NCBI GenBank assembly: GCA_021791545.1
Contig: JAJYWL010000001.1
Coordinates: forward strand, 5,856 to 69,855
Direction of reading: 5' to 3'
DNA from: a bacterium
GTDB lineage: Bacteria > Patescibacteriota > Microgenomatia > Levybacterales > UBA12049
DNA length: 64,000 nt
How positions within the stretch are numbered: the first letter of the stretch is position 1; every line of letters begins with the position of its first letter. Below the pieces are notes generated by a model. It was not told where the DNA came from and did not search any database. It was given only the letters and a program-made list of their open reading frames with translations. A program made the translations under genes and the position numbers. Of the stretch, positions 9,057-18,799 are shown one piece after another.

Positions 9057-9635
9057 ATGAAAAAACTGCTCAAAAGGTTTAGGAAACTTTTAGGGATGAA
9101 TAAAGGATTTACCCTCATTGAACTTTTAGTCGTAATCGGAATACTCGGAGTTTTGGCAGCAGCATTAGTTGCAACAATCGATCCTTTTGAACAGCTCAAA
9201 AAAGCACAGGATTCAAACACAAAGAACACACTCGTAGAGTTTTTGAACGCTAATGTGAGGTACTATACAACACATAATACTTTCCCATGGACAGCAACAG
9301 GGGCAAACTGCAATGGTGGAGTTGCTCCCGACGGTACTAAATCGCTTACTGATGCTACATTAACAACCTGCGTAACAGCATTGGTATCGGATAACGAACT
9401 TAAACAGGCATTTTCATCTGCTACAGATATACTTAAATTGATATATGTAACATATGACGGAGTAAATAACGAAGTAGTAGGTTGTTTCCAACCCCAGTCT
9501 AAATCTCAGCAAAACGACGCAAACACTAAATTTAACAGTAATGGAGTTTTGGGCACGGGAACTAAAGCTTGCACATTTAATGCAGACGGAACTCCTTCCA
9601 ACTTAAATGGTGGATGCTTCTGGTGCACCAAGTAA
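9057..9635 (+). CDS. Type IV pilin, probably the major pilin
   Basis: KG|FTLIELLVV class III signal; own TTGACA promoter (9017) and own terminator. Confidence 0.9.
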   Translation: MKKLLKRFRKLLGMNKGFTLIELLVVIGILGVLAAALVATIDPFEQLKKAQDSNTKNTLVEFLNANVRYYTTHNTFPWTATGANCNGGVAPDGTKSLTDATLTTCVTALVSDNELKQAFSSATDILKLIYVTYDGVNNEVVGCFQPQSKSQQNDANTKFNSNGVLGTGTKACTFNADGTPSNLNGGCFWCTK

Positions 9636-9645
9636 GTACTCGATT

Positions 9646-9670
9646 AAGAGCCGGAAGGCTCTTTTTTTTT
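9646..9670 (+). terminator. Intrinsic terminator after the major pilin
   Basis: AAGAGCC-GGAA-GGCTCTT followed by a T run. Confidence 0.85.
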
Positions 9671-9717
9671 GACAAAATTCACTTTAACCATTTAGTAACC
9701 TCATGTATAATTAGATA

Positions 9718-10497
9718 ATGTTACTTTCATTATTCCTTCTATTTCTCGGTTTATTTGTAGGCTCTTTTCTCAACGTACTTTCTGACAGATTTCCAAGAAA
9801 CGAGACAGTTGTTAAAGGAAGATCTCACTGTGAGTACTGTAAGAAAGAACTTCAATGGTACGACCTTATTCCACTTTTTTCTTTTATATTCCTTAAGGGA
9901 AAATGCAGATATTGCCATAAAAAGCTGAGTTTTTCTTATCCGCTTTCTGAGTTAGGCACAGGTCTTATCTTTTTTATCACTTCCCTATTTGTTCTTAACG
10001 GTCCAATTTACACATATGACATTGTCATAAAATTAATTTTTTATCTTTTCATGGCATCATCTTTGATTGCAATATTTTTTGCAGATTTAAAACATGGTGT
10101 AATTCCGGATAAAATTATTTTTCCTGCCATTTTAATTAATCTTCTCTATCTTTTGTTATTCAATAACCATTTTTTAATACAGAATCTTCTTTCGGGATTA
10201 GGCGCACTTTTGTTTTTCCTCTTATTGGTCCTAGTTACAAGAGGAAGAGGTATGGGCTTGGGTGACGTAAAGTTTTCTTTCCTTATAGGTTTATTTCTAG
10301 GATTTCCCGGAGTATTAATAGGGCTTTATCTTGCTTTCTTGACAGGTGCTTTAATCTCAATCATACTAATCTTATGGAGAAAAAAGTTCTTAAAGGACTC
10401 CATTCCTTTCGGTCCATTCCTAGTCTTGGGAACTTTTATAGGACTTTACTTCGGAAATCTTCTTTACGAAAAACTTCTTTTGTTAATGGGATTTTAG
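9718..10497 (+). CDS. pilD: Prepilin peptidase
   Basis: GSFLNV, RSHCEYC...GKCRYC, GMGLGDVK, IPFGPFL. Confidence 0.95.
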   Translation: MLLSLFLLFLGLFVGSFLNVLSDRFPRNETVVKGRSHCEYCKKELQWYDLIPLFSFIFLKGKCRYCHKKLSFSYPLSELGTGLIFFITSLFVLNGPIYTYDIVIKLIFYLFMASSLIAIFFADLKHGVIPDKIIFPAILINLLYLLLFNNHFLIQNLLSGLGALLFFLLLVLVTRGRGMGLGDVKFSFLIGLFLGFPGVLIGLYLAFLTGALISIILILWRKKFLKDSIPFGPFLVLGTFIGLYFGNLLYEKLLLLMGF

Positions 10498-11186
10498 ATA
10501 AAAAGGGATTTACACTGGTTGAGCTTCTTGTAGTCCTTGTCATGCTTGCCATATTATCTTCGATAATATTCACAATGCTTAATCCTCAGGCACAGTTGGA
10601 TAAAGCAAGAGACGCTCAGAAAGAACATGATTTGAAGCAAGTTTCTCAGGCTTTGGATGCATATTACAACGATAATAACTCATATCCCGATCAGGTTCCC
10701 TTCGGCAGTTCTTGGAAAATTGGATCAGTTACCTATATGCAGCAAGTGCCTAGTGATACTAGCTATTATTATATTAAAGATCCGAATGGTCAATGGGCAG
10801 TTCTTTTTGCCAAACTAAATTATTTCACTCCCGACAGAAGACCTGCAGGAGGTACCTATTGTGAGTTGGAAACAAAAACAAATTGTCTTCCTCAAGGTTA
10901 TGGAACTTTAGCAAATTATTGTATTGTTATGGGTCAGATAGATGCTAGTGCCTGCAGTATCATTTTTGGTACAAATCTTTCCGGTCCCACTCCCCCCGCA
11001 TCTCCTTCCACTCCTCCATCCGGTACGGTTACGCCCGGTCCCACCGCTACTCCCACGGTTCCTCCTGGTCCCACTTGTGACCACAGATACGATTGTAGGT
11101 CTTTGGGTGGTGGATCAACCTGCAACGATGTTGGAAGCGGTTTGGGGACATATTGTACATCCAATTGCGATAACATGTGCCATTGA
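10374..11186 (+). CDS. Type IV pilin with a Pro/Thr linker and Cys-rich C-terminal domain
   Basis: KKG|FTLVELLVV; the only canonical start lies inside pilD. Confidence 0.85.
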   Translation: MEKKVLKGLHSFRSIPSLGNFYRTLLRKSSLRKTSFVNGILDKKGFTLVELLVVLVMLAILSSIIFTMLNPQAQLDKARDAQKEHDLKQVSQALDAYYNDNNSYPDQVPFGSSWKIGSVTYMQQVPSDTSYYYIKDPNGQWAVLFAKLNYFTPDRRPAGGTYCELETKTNCLPQGYGTLANYCIVMGQIDASACSIIFGTNLSGPTPPASPSTPPSGTVTPGPTATPTVPPGPTCDHRYDCRSLGGGSTCNDVGSGLGTYCTSNCDNMCH

Positions 11187-11701
11187 TTATGATAAGAATG
11201 ATGCAGAAAATAAAAGAATTTTTTGATCAAAGAGGTTTTACTCTTGTAGAGCTTATTATCGTAATTGCAATAATATCGATTATGGCTGCCGGAGTAATCG
11301 CTGTTTTGGATCCTACGGCACAATTCCAAAAGGCCAATGATACAAGGAGAAAGTCAGATCTTTCCCAGATAGCAAAAGCATTAGAAAGCTATTATCAGGA
11401 TCATGGCGCATATCCTACGTCTGCCTCTTATAAAATATATGACGCAAATTTGGGAACTATTAACTGGGGAGGTTCCTGGGGAAATTATATGAACACTGTA
11501 CCTACAGATCCTACTACAGGAAGAAATTACGTCTATCAGGGAGGTGGACAATCTTATTATCTTTATGCTAGTCTGGAAAGGAGGAGCGATCCAAAATTGT
11601 GCACATTGGGAAATGTTACGGCAAAATGTCCTAATGCAGTCGGATCTTGCGGAAACGGGGTTTGTAATTACGGATTAACAAGCCCTAACGTAACACCTTA
11701 A
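11177..11701 (+). CDS. Type IV pilin / GspG-like
   Basis: QRG|FTLVELIIV, DTRRKSDL; the start may be a few codons later. Confidence 0.9.
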   Translation: MPLIMIRMMQKIKEFFDQRGFTLVELIIVIAIISIMAAGVIAVLDPTAQFQKANDTRRKSDLSQIAKALESYYQDHGAYPTSASYKIYDANLGTINWGGSWGNYMNTVPTDPTTGRNYVYQGGGQSYYLYASLERRSDPKLCTLGNVTAKCPNAVGSCGNGVCNYGLTSPNVTP

Positions 11702-11702
11702 T

Positions 11703-12131
11703 ATGAAATTATTTAAACAAAAAGGTTTTACTTTAATAGAACTTCTTATAGTAGTTGCAATAATTGGTGTTTTGGCGACTCTTTTAATGGCAAATTTCGT
11801 AGGAGTAAGACAAAGAGCAAGAGATGCACAGAGAAAGTCAGATCTAAAACAAATGCAGTCGGCTCTCGAGATGTATAGGTCCGACCAGAACGCCTATCCT
11901 ACGAATGCACAATGGCCTCTTTGCGGTACAGCCTTATCTTTCGGCACTGTCACATATATGACTAAAGTTCCATGTGATCCTCTTTCAGGATGGGTTTATA
12001 CCTATAACAATACTGGTTCTACATATACCATAGTTGCATGCCTTGAAAATGGCGGAGATTCACAAAAAGATTCTACTCTCAGCTCAAATTGCACGGGTAA
12101 GGCTGCTTCTTATACGGTATCTAATCCTTAG
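11703..12131 (+). CDS. Type IV pilin / GspG-like
   Basis: QKG|FTLIELLIV, ARDAQRKSDL. Confidence 0.9.
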   Translation: MKLFKQKGFTLIELLIVVAIIGVLATLLMANFVGVRQRARDAQRKSDLKQMQSALEMYRSDQNAYPTNAQWPLCGTALSFGTVTYMTKVPCDPLSGWVYTYNNTGSTYTIVACLENGGDSQKDSTLSSNCTGKAASYTVSNP

Positions 12132-12134
12132 TAA

Positions 12135-12650
12135 ATGAAAAAAATTACTGCCTTCTTAAAATTCGAACAAGGGTTTACGTTAATCGAACTTATTATCGTT
12201 TTCTCCATAATTGCTATTCTTTCTACTGTCGGAATTGCTTCTTTTGTCCAGTTTTCGAGATATCAGGCTCTTCAGGCGGGAGCAAACGAGTTTATAACAG
12301 CTTTAAACTACGCAAAATCAAGCGCCGCTTCCCAACTTATCCCCTCCCCTTCGGGTAGTTGTAACGGTTCATTAAGGTCCTACAGAGTCGATTTCAGTAC
12401 TGCATCCGGAAGCAATACTCGGTACACGATAACTGCAATATGCGATTTAAGCTCTCCAGTCGTTCAAACTTATACTCTTCCTAAAAACGTAACTTTTGCT
12501 GCTTCTTACGGGGGACAAAATACTACAACAACGAGCATCGTTTTTCCTGTAATAAACGGAGGAATTACAGGGACAGGACAGGTTGTTATTCTCGGTTTTA
12601 CAAATCTTTCGAGAGTAGTTACGATAAGTCCTTCCGGGATAATAAAATGA
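12135..12650 (+). CDS. Minor pilin (FimU/GspH-like)
   Basis: EQG|FTLIELIIV. Confidence 0.85.
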   Translation: MKKITAFLKFEQGFTLIELIIVFSIIAILSTVGIASFVQFSRYQALQAGANEFITALNYAKSSAASQLIPSPSGSCNGSLRSYRVDFSTASGSNTRYTITAICDLSSPVVQTYTLPKNVTFAASYGGQNTTTTSIVFPVINGGITGTGQVVILGFTNLSRVVTISPSGIIK

Positions 12651-13141
12651 TAAAGAATAGTCAAAAAGGTCAAACATTAGTAGAGGCTTTGGTTGCTTTG
12701 GGAGCAGCAGTCGTGGTTGTTGCTGCCATAACAATTGCCACGATTTCGGGACTTAATAACGTTCAGTATGGAAAGAATCAGAATCTAGCTACGCAATATG
12801 CTCAGGAAGGACTTGAATACGTAAGACATTTAAGTCAGGCTAATTGGTCGGGATTTAACAGCACCTATAAAAATAACAAATACTGGTGTTATAAATTAGG
12901 TTCTTCAGGATTAACTGTAGATCCCGACTATACAAATTCTTCAAATTGCCTTGCTTCGGGAAGCATATTCTCAAGGCAGGTCCGTATAGATTTTTCAGGA
13001 GTTTCTCCCTGCATAGGGACTGCCTTAATACAATCTACCGTCCTTTGGACAGACGGAAAATGCAATAATTCTACGACATATTGTCATACCGTTACGGTTA
13101 AATCATGTGTTACCGATTTGACTACAGTTCCAACGCCTTAA
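12647..13141 (+). CDS. Minor pilin (PilV-like)
   Basis: QKG|QTLVEALVA, ATQYAQEGLE. Confidence 0.8.
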   Translation: MIKNSQKGQTLVEALVALGAAVVVVAAITIATISGLNNVQYGKNQNLATQYAQEGLEYVRHLSQANWSGFNSTYKNNKYWCYKLGSSGLTVDPDYTNSSNCLASGSIFSRQVRIDFSGVSPCIGTALIQSTVLWTDGKCNNSTTYCHTVTVKSCVTDLTTVPTP

Positions 13142-13142
13142 T

Positions 13143-13757
13143 ATGAGAATTAAAAATAAAATACGTACTTTAAGATCCAGCAAAGGTTATACTTTGGTTG
13201 AGCTTCTTGCCGTAATAATAGTAATGACTACTGTCGGAACAATAATAGCCGGTATTTTAGCTTCAACTCTTAGAGGTGGAAATAAGAGCAATTCCCTTAA
13301 TGAAATAAGACAGAGTGGTAATTTTACGATTTCTCAGATGTCAAAGATGATAATGTATGCCAAGGGATTCGGAGGTATATATGCAGGTTCAGGTTATTCA
13401 ACAAATTGTACAAATCCTTCAACAGTTAACCCTACAAACGGTGTCACAACAGGACATACTTCTCTTCAAATAATAAATTTTGATGATGGGGTAACTACCT
13501 TCTCCTGTAGAAACGATGCAAGCGGAAAAGCAAATATAGGATCCCAGAGTGGAAACTTAACACCCTTATATCTCATAGATTCAACAAATGTTGCCGTAAC
13601 CAATTGTAAATTTACTTGTTATCAATCTAATCTGACTGAACCTCCTCAAATTTCTATAAGTTTTACTCTAACTAAGTTGAATTCCAATAATTTTGCTGAG
13701 AACAATGTTTCGGTTCCTTTTCAGACTAGCGTAACCATGCGTAACCTTAACCAGTAG
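13143..13757 (+). CDS. Minor pilin (PilW-like)
   Basis: SKG|YTLVELLAV. Confidence 0.8.
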   Translation: MRIKNKIRTLRSSKGYTLVELLAVIIVMTTVGTIIAGILASTLRGGNKSNSLNEIRQSGNFTISQMSKMIMYAKGFGGIYAGSGYSTNCTNPSTVNPTNGVTTGHTSLQIINFDDGVTTFSCRNDASGKANIGSQSGNLTPLYLIDSTNVAVTNCKFTCYQSNLTEPPQISISFTLTKLNSNNFAENNVSVPFQTSVTMRNLNQ

Positions 13758-13800
13758 CCTTGACAAGGATATTGAAACGTTGTTAAGCTATAGTTATAGT

Positions 13801-14646
13801 ATGCCCAAAGCTTCGAACAATCAAAAGGGACAAGCTCTTCTAATCATAGTGTTGGTAATGGTCGTAGCTCTTACAGTAGGACTTTCTGTTGTCGCAAGAA
13901 CAATCACAAATCTCAAGACTACAACTGATCAGGCAAACTCACAAAAATCACTCTCCGCTGCCGAAGCAGGCGTAGAAAGAGCAATACAAAATATTAAGGC
14001 AAAAAACAATGCAAGCATATCTGATTCTTTTGATAATAATTCCAGTTTTCAGACCACTCTAACTCCCGTAACAGCGGTAGCTAATCAAAAAATTTGGTTA
14101 AATGGTGGAAATCTTCTTAAGAATTACGAAGGTTCTTATGTTTGGATTACTCCTTATGACGTGAGTAATTTCAATAATCTTTTTACCTCAACTTGGCCTG
14201 GATCGCAGCTTACCATTTATTGGGGCAACTCTGGTGAAGTTTGTAATACGGATCCTTCTTTGAATACGATGGCGGCATTAGAGGTCGTAGTGGTTACCGG
14301 AACAAAAGCAAACCCGAGTGTAAAAACTTATGCTTTTGATCCTTGTGCGGATAGAGCCGCTTCTAATCATTTTACGGTTCCAACTGCAGCAGGAACAACC
14401 CTAGACGGAAGAAGCCTTCCTCATTCAACGGGAGTAATCTCAATCTCTCAAGGGCTTTTGGTAAAAGTCATACCTATGTATGCCGATACATACGTTAGCG
14501 TTATGGGAGACCAACAGCTTCCACAACAAGGGACAATAATACAATCTACAGGAACTTCAAACGGTACCCAGAGAAGCGTTACGGTTTTTGAGGGTTATCC
14601 TGAGCTTCCTTCAGAATTGTTTCCTTTGAATCTTTTGACTCTGTAA
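13801..14646 (+). CDS. Minor pilin (PilX-like)
   Basis: QKG|QALLIIVLV without Glu5, AAEAGVE motif; ATG 13801 follows a TTGACA promoter. Confidence 0.8.
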   Translation: MPKASNNQKGQALLIIVLVMVVALTVGLSVVARTITNLKTTTDQANSQKSLSAAEAGVERAIQNIKAKNNASISDSFDNNSSFQTTLTPVTAVANQKIWLNGGNLLKNYEGSYVWITPYDVSNFNNLFTSTWPGSQLTIYWGNSGEVCNTDPSLNTMAALEVVVVTGTKANPSVKTYAFDPCADRAASNHFTVPTAAGTTLDGRSLPHSTGVISISQGLLVKVIPMYADTYVSVMGDQQLPQQGTIIQSTGTSNGTQRSVTVFEGYPELPSELFPLNLLTL

Positions 14647-15680
14647 TGAATAAAAAATCGTTTGGTCTTGATATTGGAGCGACTTCGCTCAAAATAGTAT
14701 CTCTTGAGGGGCAAAAAGACGCCTTTGTGCTTAAGTCTGCTCTTATTGCTCCTACTCCTCCTAAGGGAATATTATCCGAATCTCCGCTTGATGAAGAGGA
14801 GATGGCAAAAGCGATTGAAAAAGCAGCTTCCGATTCCGGAGTTGATACTAAAAGCGTTAATATAGCCTTGGCGGAAAATCAGGTATATACAAAAGTGCTT
14901 GAGATGCCTGTTCTAACCGATAAAGAGCTTTCTTCTGCTATTTATTGGGAGGCAGAGCAATATATTCCCGTTCCATTAAATAACATCACTTTGGTTTGGA
15001 ACATTTTGAAAAAACCATCGGGACAGGATCCGAATGAAAAAATGCAGGTTTTGATGGTGGGAGCCCCTACGGCACTTATAAATAAATACCAAAAAATAGT
15101 TCAGATGGCAGGACTTACCGTAAACGGAATGGAAACAGAAATTATTTCCACTGTAAGATCTTTAGTTCCCAACGAAAACTTTCCTGCAACAATAATCGTA
15201 AATATAGGAGCGGTAAATACTTCTTTTGCAATAGTAAGAAAAGGACTTATGGTATTTACCTATTCTATGTCAATTGGTGGCGCTGCTATAAATAGGGCTA
15301 TAGCTACCGATTTTGGTCTTACTCCCCAACAGGCAGAAGAATATAAGAAAGTTTATGGTGTTTCAGGAAAAACTCTTGGAGGGAAAATCGGACAGGCAAC
15401 GCAGCCGATACTTAACTCTATTCTGACAGAGGTAAAGAAATCCATCGCATATTATTCTCAAAAATATAAGGATGAAGAGCCGATAAGACAAATTATTCTT
15501 TCAGGTGGAACAGCAAAACTACCGGGTATCGATACATTCTTTGTAAGTAACGCAGGAATAGAGACTGCAATAGCAAATCCATGGAAAGTACTTGCTTCGC
15601 AACAAATCCCTAAGGAAGTACTAGATAATGCATCCGATTATACTATTGCCGTTGGTTTGGCAATGAGAGACTATGAATAA
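14646..15680 (+). CDS. pilM: Type IV pilus assembly protein PilM
   Basis: GLDIG, EAEQYIP, ILSGGTAKLPG, AVGLAMR (actin-like fold). Confidence 0.92.
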   Translation: MNKKSFGLDIGATSLKIVSLEGQKDAFVLKSALIAPTPPKGILSESPLDEEEMAKAIEKAASDSGVDTKSVNIALAENQVYTKVLEMPVLTDKELSSAIYWEAEQYIPVPLNNITLVWNILKKPSGQDPNEKMQVLMVGAPTALINKYQKIVQMAGLTVNGMETEIISTVRSLVPNENFPATIIVNIGAVNTSFAIVRKGLMVFTYSMSIGGAAINRAIATDFGLTPQQAEEYKKVYGVSGKTLGGKIGQATQPILNSILTEVKKSIAYYSQKYKDEEPIRQIILSGGTAKLPGIDTFFVSNAGIETAIANPWKVLASQQIPKEVLDNASDYTIAVGLAMRDYE

Positions 15681-16212
15681 CGATATCAATTTAATATCTC
15701 CAAAGACGACAGAAGACATAATAAAGCAGGAAAAAGCTTTAAAAATCACCAGGATTCTTGCGGGAGTTTCCTTGGGATTCGTAGCCGTTTCAGCTGTAAT
15801 AGTATTTATTCTAAATTTAACCTCACCCTTAGATTCTATTAGAAAACAAGAACAGGTCATTTTGCAGAATATGTCTGCAATGAAAGACAGAGCTTCTAAC
15901 TATGCGTTATTAAATGACCGGTTAAAAAGTATTGATGATATAGTTTCAACAAGAAAGAAATATGATCAGATTCTTGATTCTATAGTAGCCAGCACTCCAT
16001 CTGACATATCTATTGAAGGATTCGCGCTTCAGAAAGAAGGAACAATGTCCGTAAACGCTTCGGGTAGATCTTTAGACTCAATCAATAATTTCATTGATAA
16101 TGTTGTATCTCTATCTTCACAGAAAAAAGGAATTAAAAATGTCGTTATAGACAACCTAATCGCCAGTAAAGACGGAAAATATGGAGTATCTATAACATTT
16201 ACAACTCTATGA
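15673..16212 (+). CDS. pilN: PilN-like protein
   Basis: INL motif, one TM and a coiled coil; follows pilM. Confidence 0.75.
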   Translation: MNNDINLISPKTTEDIIKQEKALKITRILAGVSLGFVAVSAVIVFILNLTSPLDSIRKQEQVILQNMSAMKDRASNYALLNDRLKSIDDIVSTRKKYDQILDSIVASTPSDISIEGFALQKEGTMSVNASGRSLDSINNFIDNVVSLSSQKKGIKNVVIDNLIASKDGKYGVSITFTTL

Positions 16213-16961
16213 ACGAAAAAGTTAACTTAGATATCAATATGTTTCATTTTCTTTATCAAAAGTATAAAGATTTTGTCTTACCTTTGGGTATAATTGCCGC
16301 AAGCTTTGTTCTTTTCTTTTTTGTAGTAATTCCGCAGGTGCAAAATTATATACAGCTTCAGCAACAGGTTGCTCAGGAAACACAGAAGCTTAATGCAATT
16401 AAAAGTAACTATGACATTCTTTCGGGGCTTGATGATAACACTCTTTCAACACAGTTGAATACAGTTTCCCTTGCTCTTCCCTTCAGTAAAGATTTCGCCT
16501 CGGTATTGAATGCAATTTCTGCGGTTTCCGCAAAGACGGGAGTCTTATTGGGTGACTTTGATTTCAGAGTCGGAGATTTAAGTAAAAGCGGACAAGGTAT
16601 TAAATCTTATCCTTCTTTAGTAATTGATCTGAAATTGAACACGGATATTAAGGGAGCGGTAAAGTTTATTGACGAACTTTATAAGACTGTTCCTGTTTCT
16701 GAAACAACAGATATAAAATTAAGTAGCGGTGGATCCTCAGAAATAAATATTTCCTTCTATTACAAAACTCTTGTAGGAAAATCTTCGATCGATCAATCAA
16801 ATCCTATTACTCTTCTTTCACAAGGAGATAAAGACATGATAAGTTCTCTTTCTTCATGGAACAACATGTCGGGAGAAGGTTCTTTCCCTTTGCTTAACTT
16901 AAATGCAATTTCCAGCCAGAGTGCTGTAACTTCATCCGGAAGTGGAACTACTCCTTTTTAA
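16209..16961 (+). CDS. pilO: PilO-like protein
   Basis: N-terminal TM, coiled coil, ALP motif; follows pilN. Confidence 0.7.
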   Translation: MNEKVNLDINMFHFLYQKYKDFVLPLGIIAASFVLFFFVVIPQVQNYIQLQQQVAQETQKLNAIKSNYDILSGLDDNTLSTQLNTVSLALPFSKDFASVLNAISAVSAKTGVLLGDFDFRVGDLSKSGQGIKSYPSLVIDLKLNTDIKGAVKFIDELYKTVPVSETTDIKLSSGGSSEINISFYYKTLVGKSSIDQSNPITLLSQGDKDMISSLSSWNNMSGEGSFPLLNLNAISSQSAVTSSGSGTTPF

Positions 16962-17622
16962 GAAGATCGGGTCTTAGTCTAGAGGTAAGCCTTAGTGATT
17001 CTTTTTTTCTCCATTCGTTTATTTTTGCATGATTACCCGAAAGTAAAATTTCAGGGACTTTTTGATCCTTATATTCTTGGGGTTTCGTATATTGGTCATG
17101 TTCCAGTAAGGAATCTGTAAAAGATTCCTTTTCGGGAGATCCTTCGGTAATGACTCCTTTTATAAGTCTTATGACACTATCGGCAACAAGCATTGCGGGA
17201 ATTTCTCCTCCAGTTAATACAAAATCTCCTATAGAAATCTCTCCATCTATGAAATTTCTGATTCTTGCATCAAAGCCCTCATAATGTCCGCAGATTAATA
17301 TAAGGTGATCAAGTTTCGACAGTTCAATAGCAGTTTTTTGATTAAAAACATTACCGTGAGGGCTTAAAAGAAAAACTTTTTCGTTTTCTGAATTATCTTT
17401 TGCATTTTCAATAGCTTTTTTTAAAACATCGACTCTTAAAACCATTCCGTTTCCTCCGCCGTAAGGAGTATCGTCAACCAGTTTATGTTTTCCTATTCCG
17501 AAGTCCCTGATATTTACGAAGTTTATTTCAATTAATTTTTTTTCTTTTGCCCTTTTTATTATCGATTCATCAAATGGTCCGGCAAACATCTCGGGAAAGA
17601 GCGTGACGATTGTTATTTTCAT
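16948..17622 (-). CDS. trmD: tRNA (guanine37-N1)-methyltransferase
   Basis: VDDTPYGGG, ICGHYEGFD, SIGDFVLTGGE, LLSGNH. Confidence 0.97.
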   Translation of the reverse strand: MKITIVTLFPEMFAGPFDESIIKRAKEKKLIEINFVNIRDFGIGKHKLVDDTPYGGGNGMVLRVDVLKKAIENAKDNSENEKVFLLSPHGNVFNQKTAIELSKLDHLILICGHYEGFDARIRNFIDGEISIGDFVLTGGEIPAMLVADSVIRLIKGVITEGSPEKESFTDSLLEHDQYTKPQEYKDQKVPEILLSGNHAKINEWRKKESLRLTSRLRPDLLKKE

Positions 17623-17641
17623 AAGCTTATTCTATCAGAAA

Positions 17642-17875
17642 TTAGGCTTCGGAGAGATTTATGAAGATTTTTTTGTTTTCTTTTATTGCAGGAATTTTCA
17701 TTACATTTCTTATGGATTTAATTACTTTTCCGTTTTTGCCTATGACTTTTCCCATATCTTCTTTTGCAAGTGTTACGTTAAGATTAAGGACTCCTTCATT
17801 TTCATCTTCGGCAACATCTACTTTATCGGGGTTATCTACGATGGCTTTTATTATGTATTGAAGTATATCTTTCAT
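17642..17875 (-). CDS. khpA: KH-domain RNA-binding protein
   Basis: DMGKVIGKNGK; lies between rpsP and trmD. Confidence 0.88.
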   Translation of the reverse strand: MKDILQYIIKAIVDNPDKVDVAEDENEGVLNLNVTLAKEDMGKVIGKNGKVIKSIRNVMKIPAIKENKKIFINLSEA

Positions 17876-18099
17876 TTTTCTACTAATTTTTCTATTGCGG
17901 GGCTAGGTTGTGCACCAACAGAAACCCAATACTTATATCTTTCTTTATCAAGTTTAAGGGCACCTTCTCTTCCTTTTTCATACCATCCGAGAACTTCGAT
18001 AGAATCTCCGTCTCTTCTGGATCTTTTTTCTTTGACGACGATGCGGAATTTCCTCTCGCCTTTCTTTCCCATTCGTGTTGATCTAATTACTACTGACAT
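17872..18099 (-). CDS. rpsP: 30S ribosomal protein S16
   Basis: RIVV...RDG..IEVLGWY...GAQPS; start moved to ATG 18099. Confidence 0.92.
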   Translation of the reverse strand: MSVVIRSTRMGKKGERKFRIVVKEKRSRRDGDSIEVLGWYEKGREGALKLDKERYKYWVSVGAQPSPAIEKLVEK

Positions 18100-18118
18100 A
18101 CAGATTACTATTTTACCA

Positions 18119-18799
18119 TTATTTGCTCTTCTTCTCAAGATTCTTTCTTAAGTTCTCTAAAGCTTGTTCTGCGGCGCTTTCTTCGGCTTCTCTTTTAGAT
18201 TTGCCTTTACCTTCACCGACAAAGGTTTCGTCCACAAATGCCGCTACTTTAAACATCCTGGCATGAGCAGGTCCCGCTTCACTGACGACTTTGTATAAAG
18301 GAGATCCTTTTTTCCTTGATTGGACCAATTCCTGAAGAAGACTTTTGGGATCTTTGAATGCTCTTTTTTGTACAAATAGTTCGGCTTTCGGAAAAAGAAC
18401 CGTCTCAAGAAATTCTGTTACTTCCTGTATGCCCTGATCTAGGAATAAAGCTCCTACAAAAGCTTCAAAACAGTCTGCAAGTAGGCTTTGATTCTGTCTT
18501 CCCTTAGATTCTTCTTCCCCCTTTGATAATTTAAGATAGTCTCCCAATCCTAATTCTCTTGCCGTCTCTCCGAGGCTTTTAGTGTTAACAAGAAGAGACC
18601 TTAGATTAGTTAATATTCCTTCATCATAATTAGGATATTTGTGATAAAGATATTTTGAAACTACAAAAGAAATAACACTATCTCCCAAGAATTCCAGTCT
18701 TTCATTCGATGACAATTTTTCTTTTGTTTCATTTAGAAATGACCTATGTATAAAGGCCTGCTCTAAAAGCTTTTTATCTTTAAATTTTGGTAAATTCAT
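18119..18799 (-). CDS. rnc: Ribonuclease III
   Basis: NERLEFLGD signature and C-terminal dsRBD. Confidence 0.97.
   Translation of the reverse strand: MNLPKFKDKKLLEQAFIHRSFLNETKEKLSSNERLEFLGDSVISFVVSKYLYHKYPNYDEGILTNLRSLLVNTKSLGETARELGLGDYLKLSKGEEESKGRQNQSLLADCFEAFVGALFLDQGIQEVTEFLETVLFPKAELFVQKRAFKDPKSLLQELVQSRKKGSPLYKVVSEAGPAHARMFKVAAFVDETFVGEGKGKSKREAEESAAEQALENLRKNLEKKSK

Noticed and set aside
17603-18151. 182-aa plus-strand ORF
   Set aside because: It is antisense to rpsP and khpA and has no recognisable motifs
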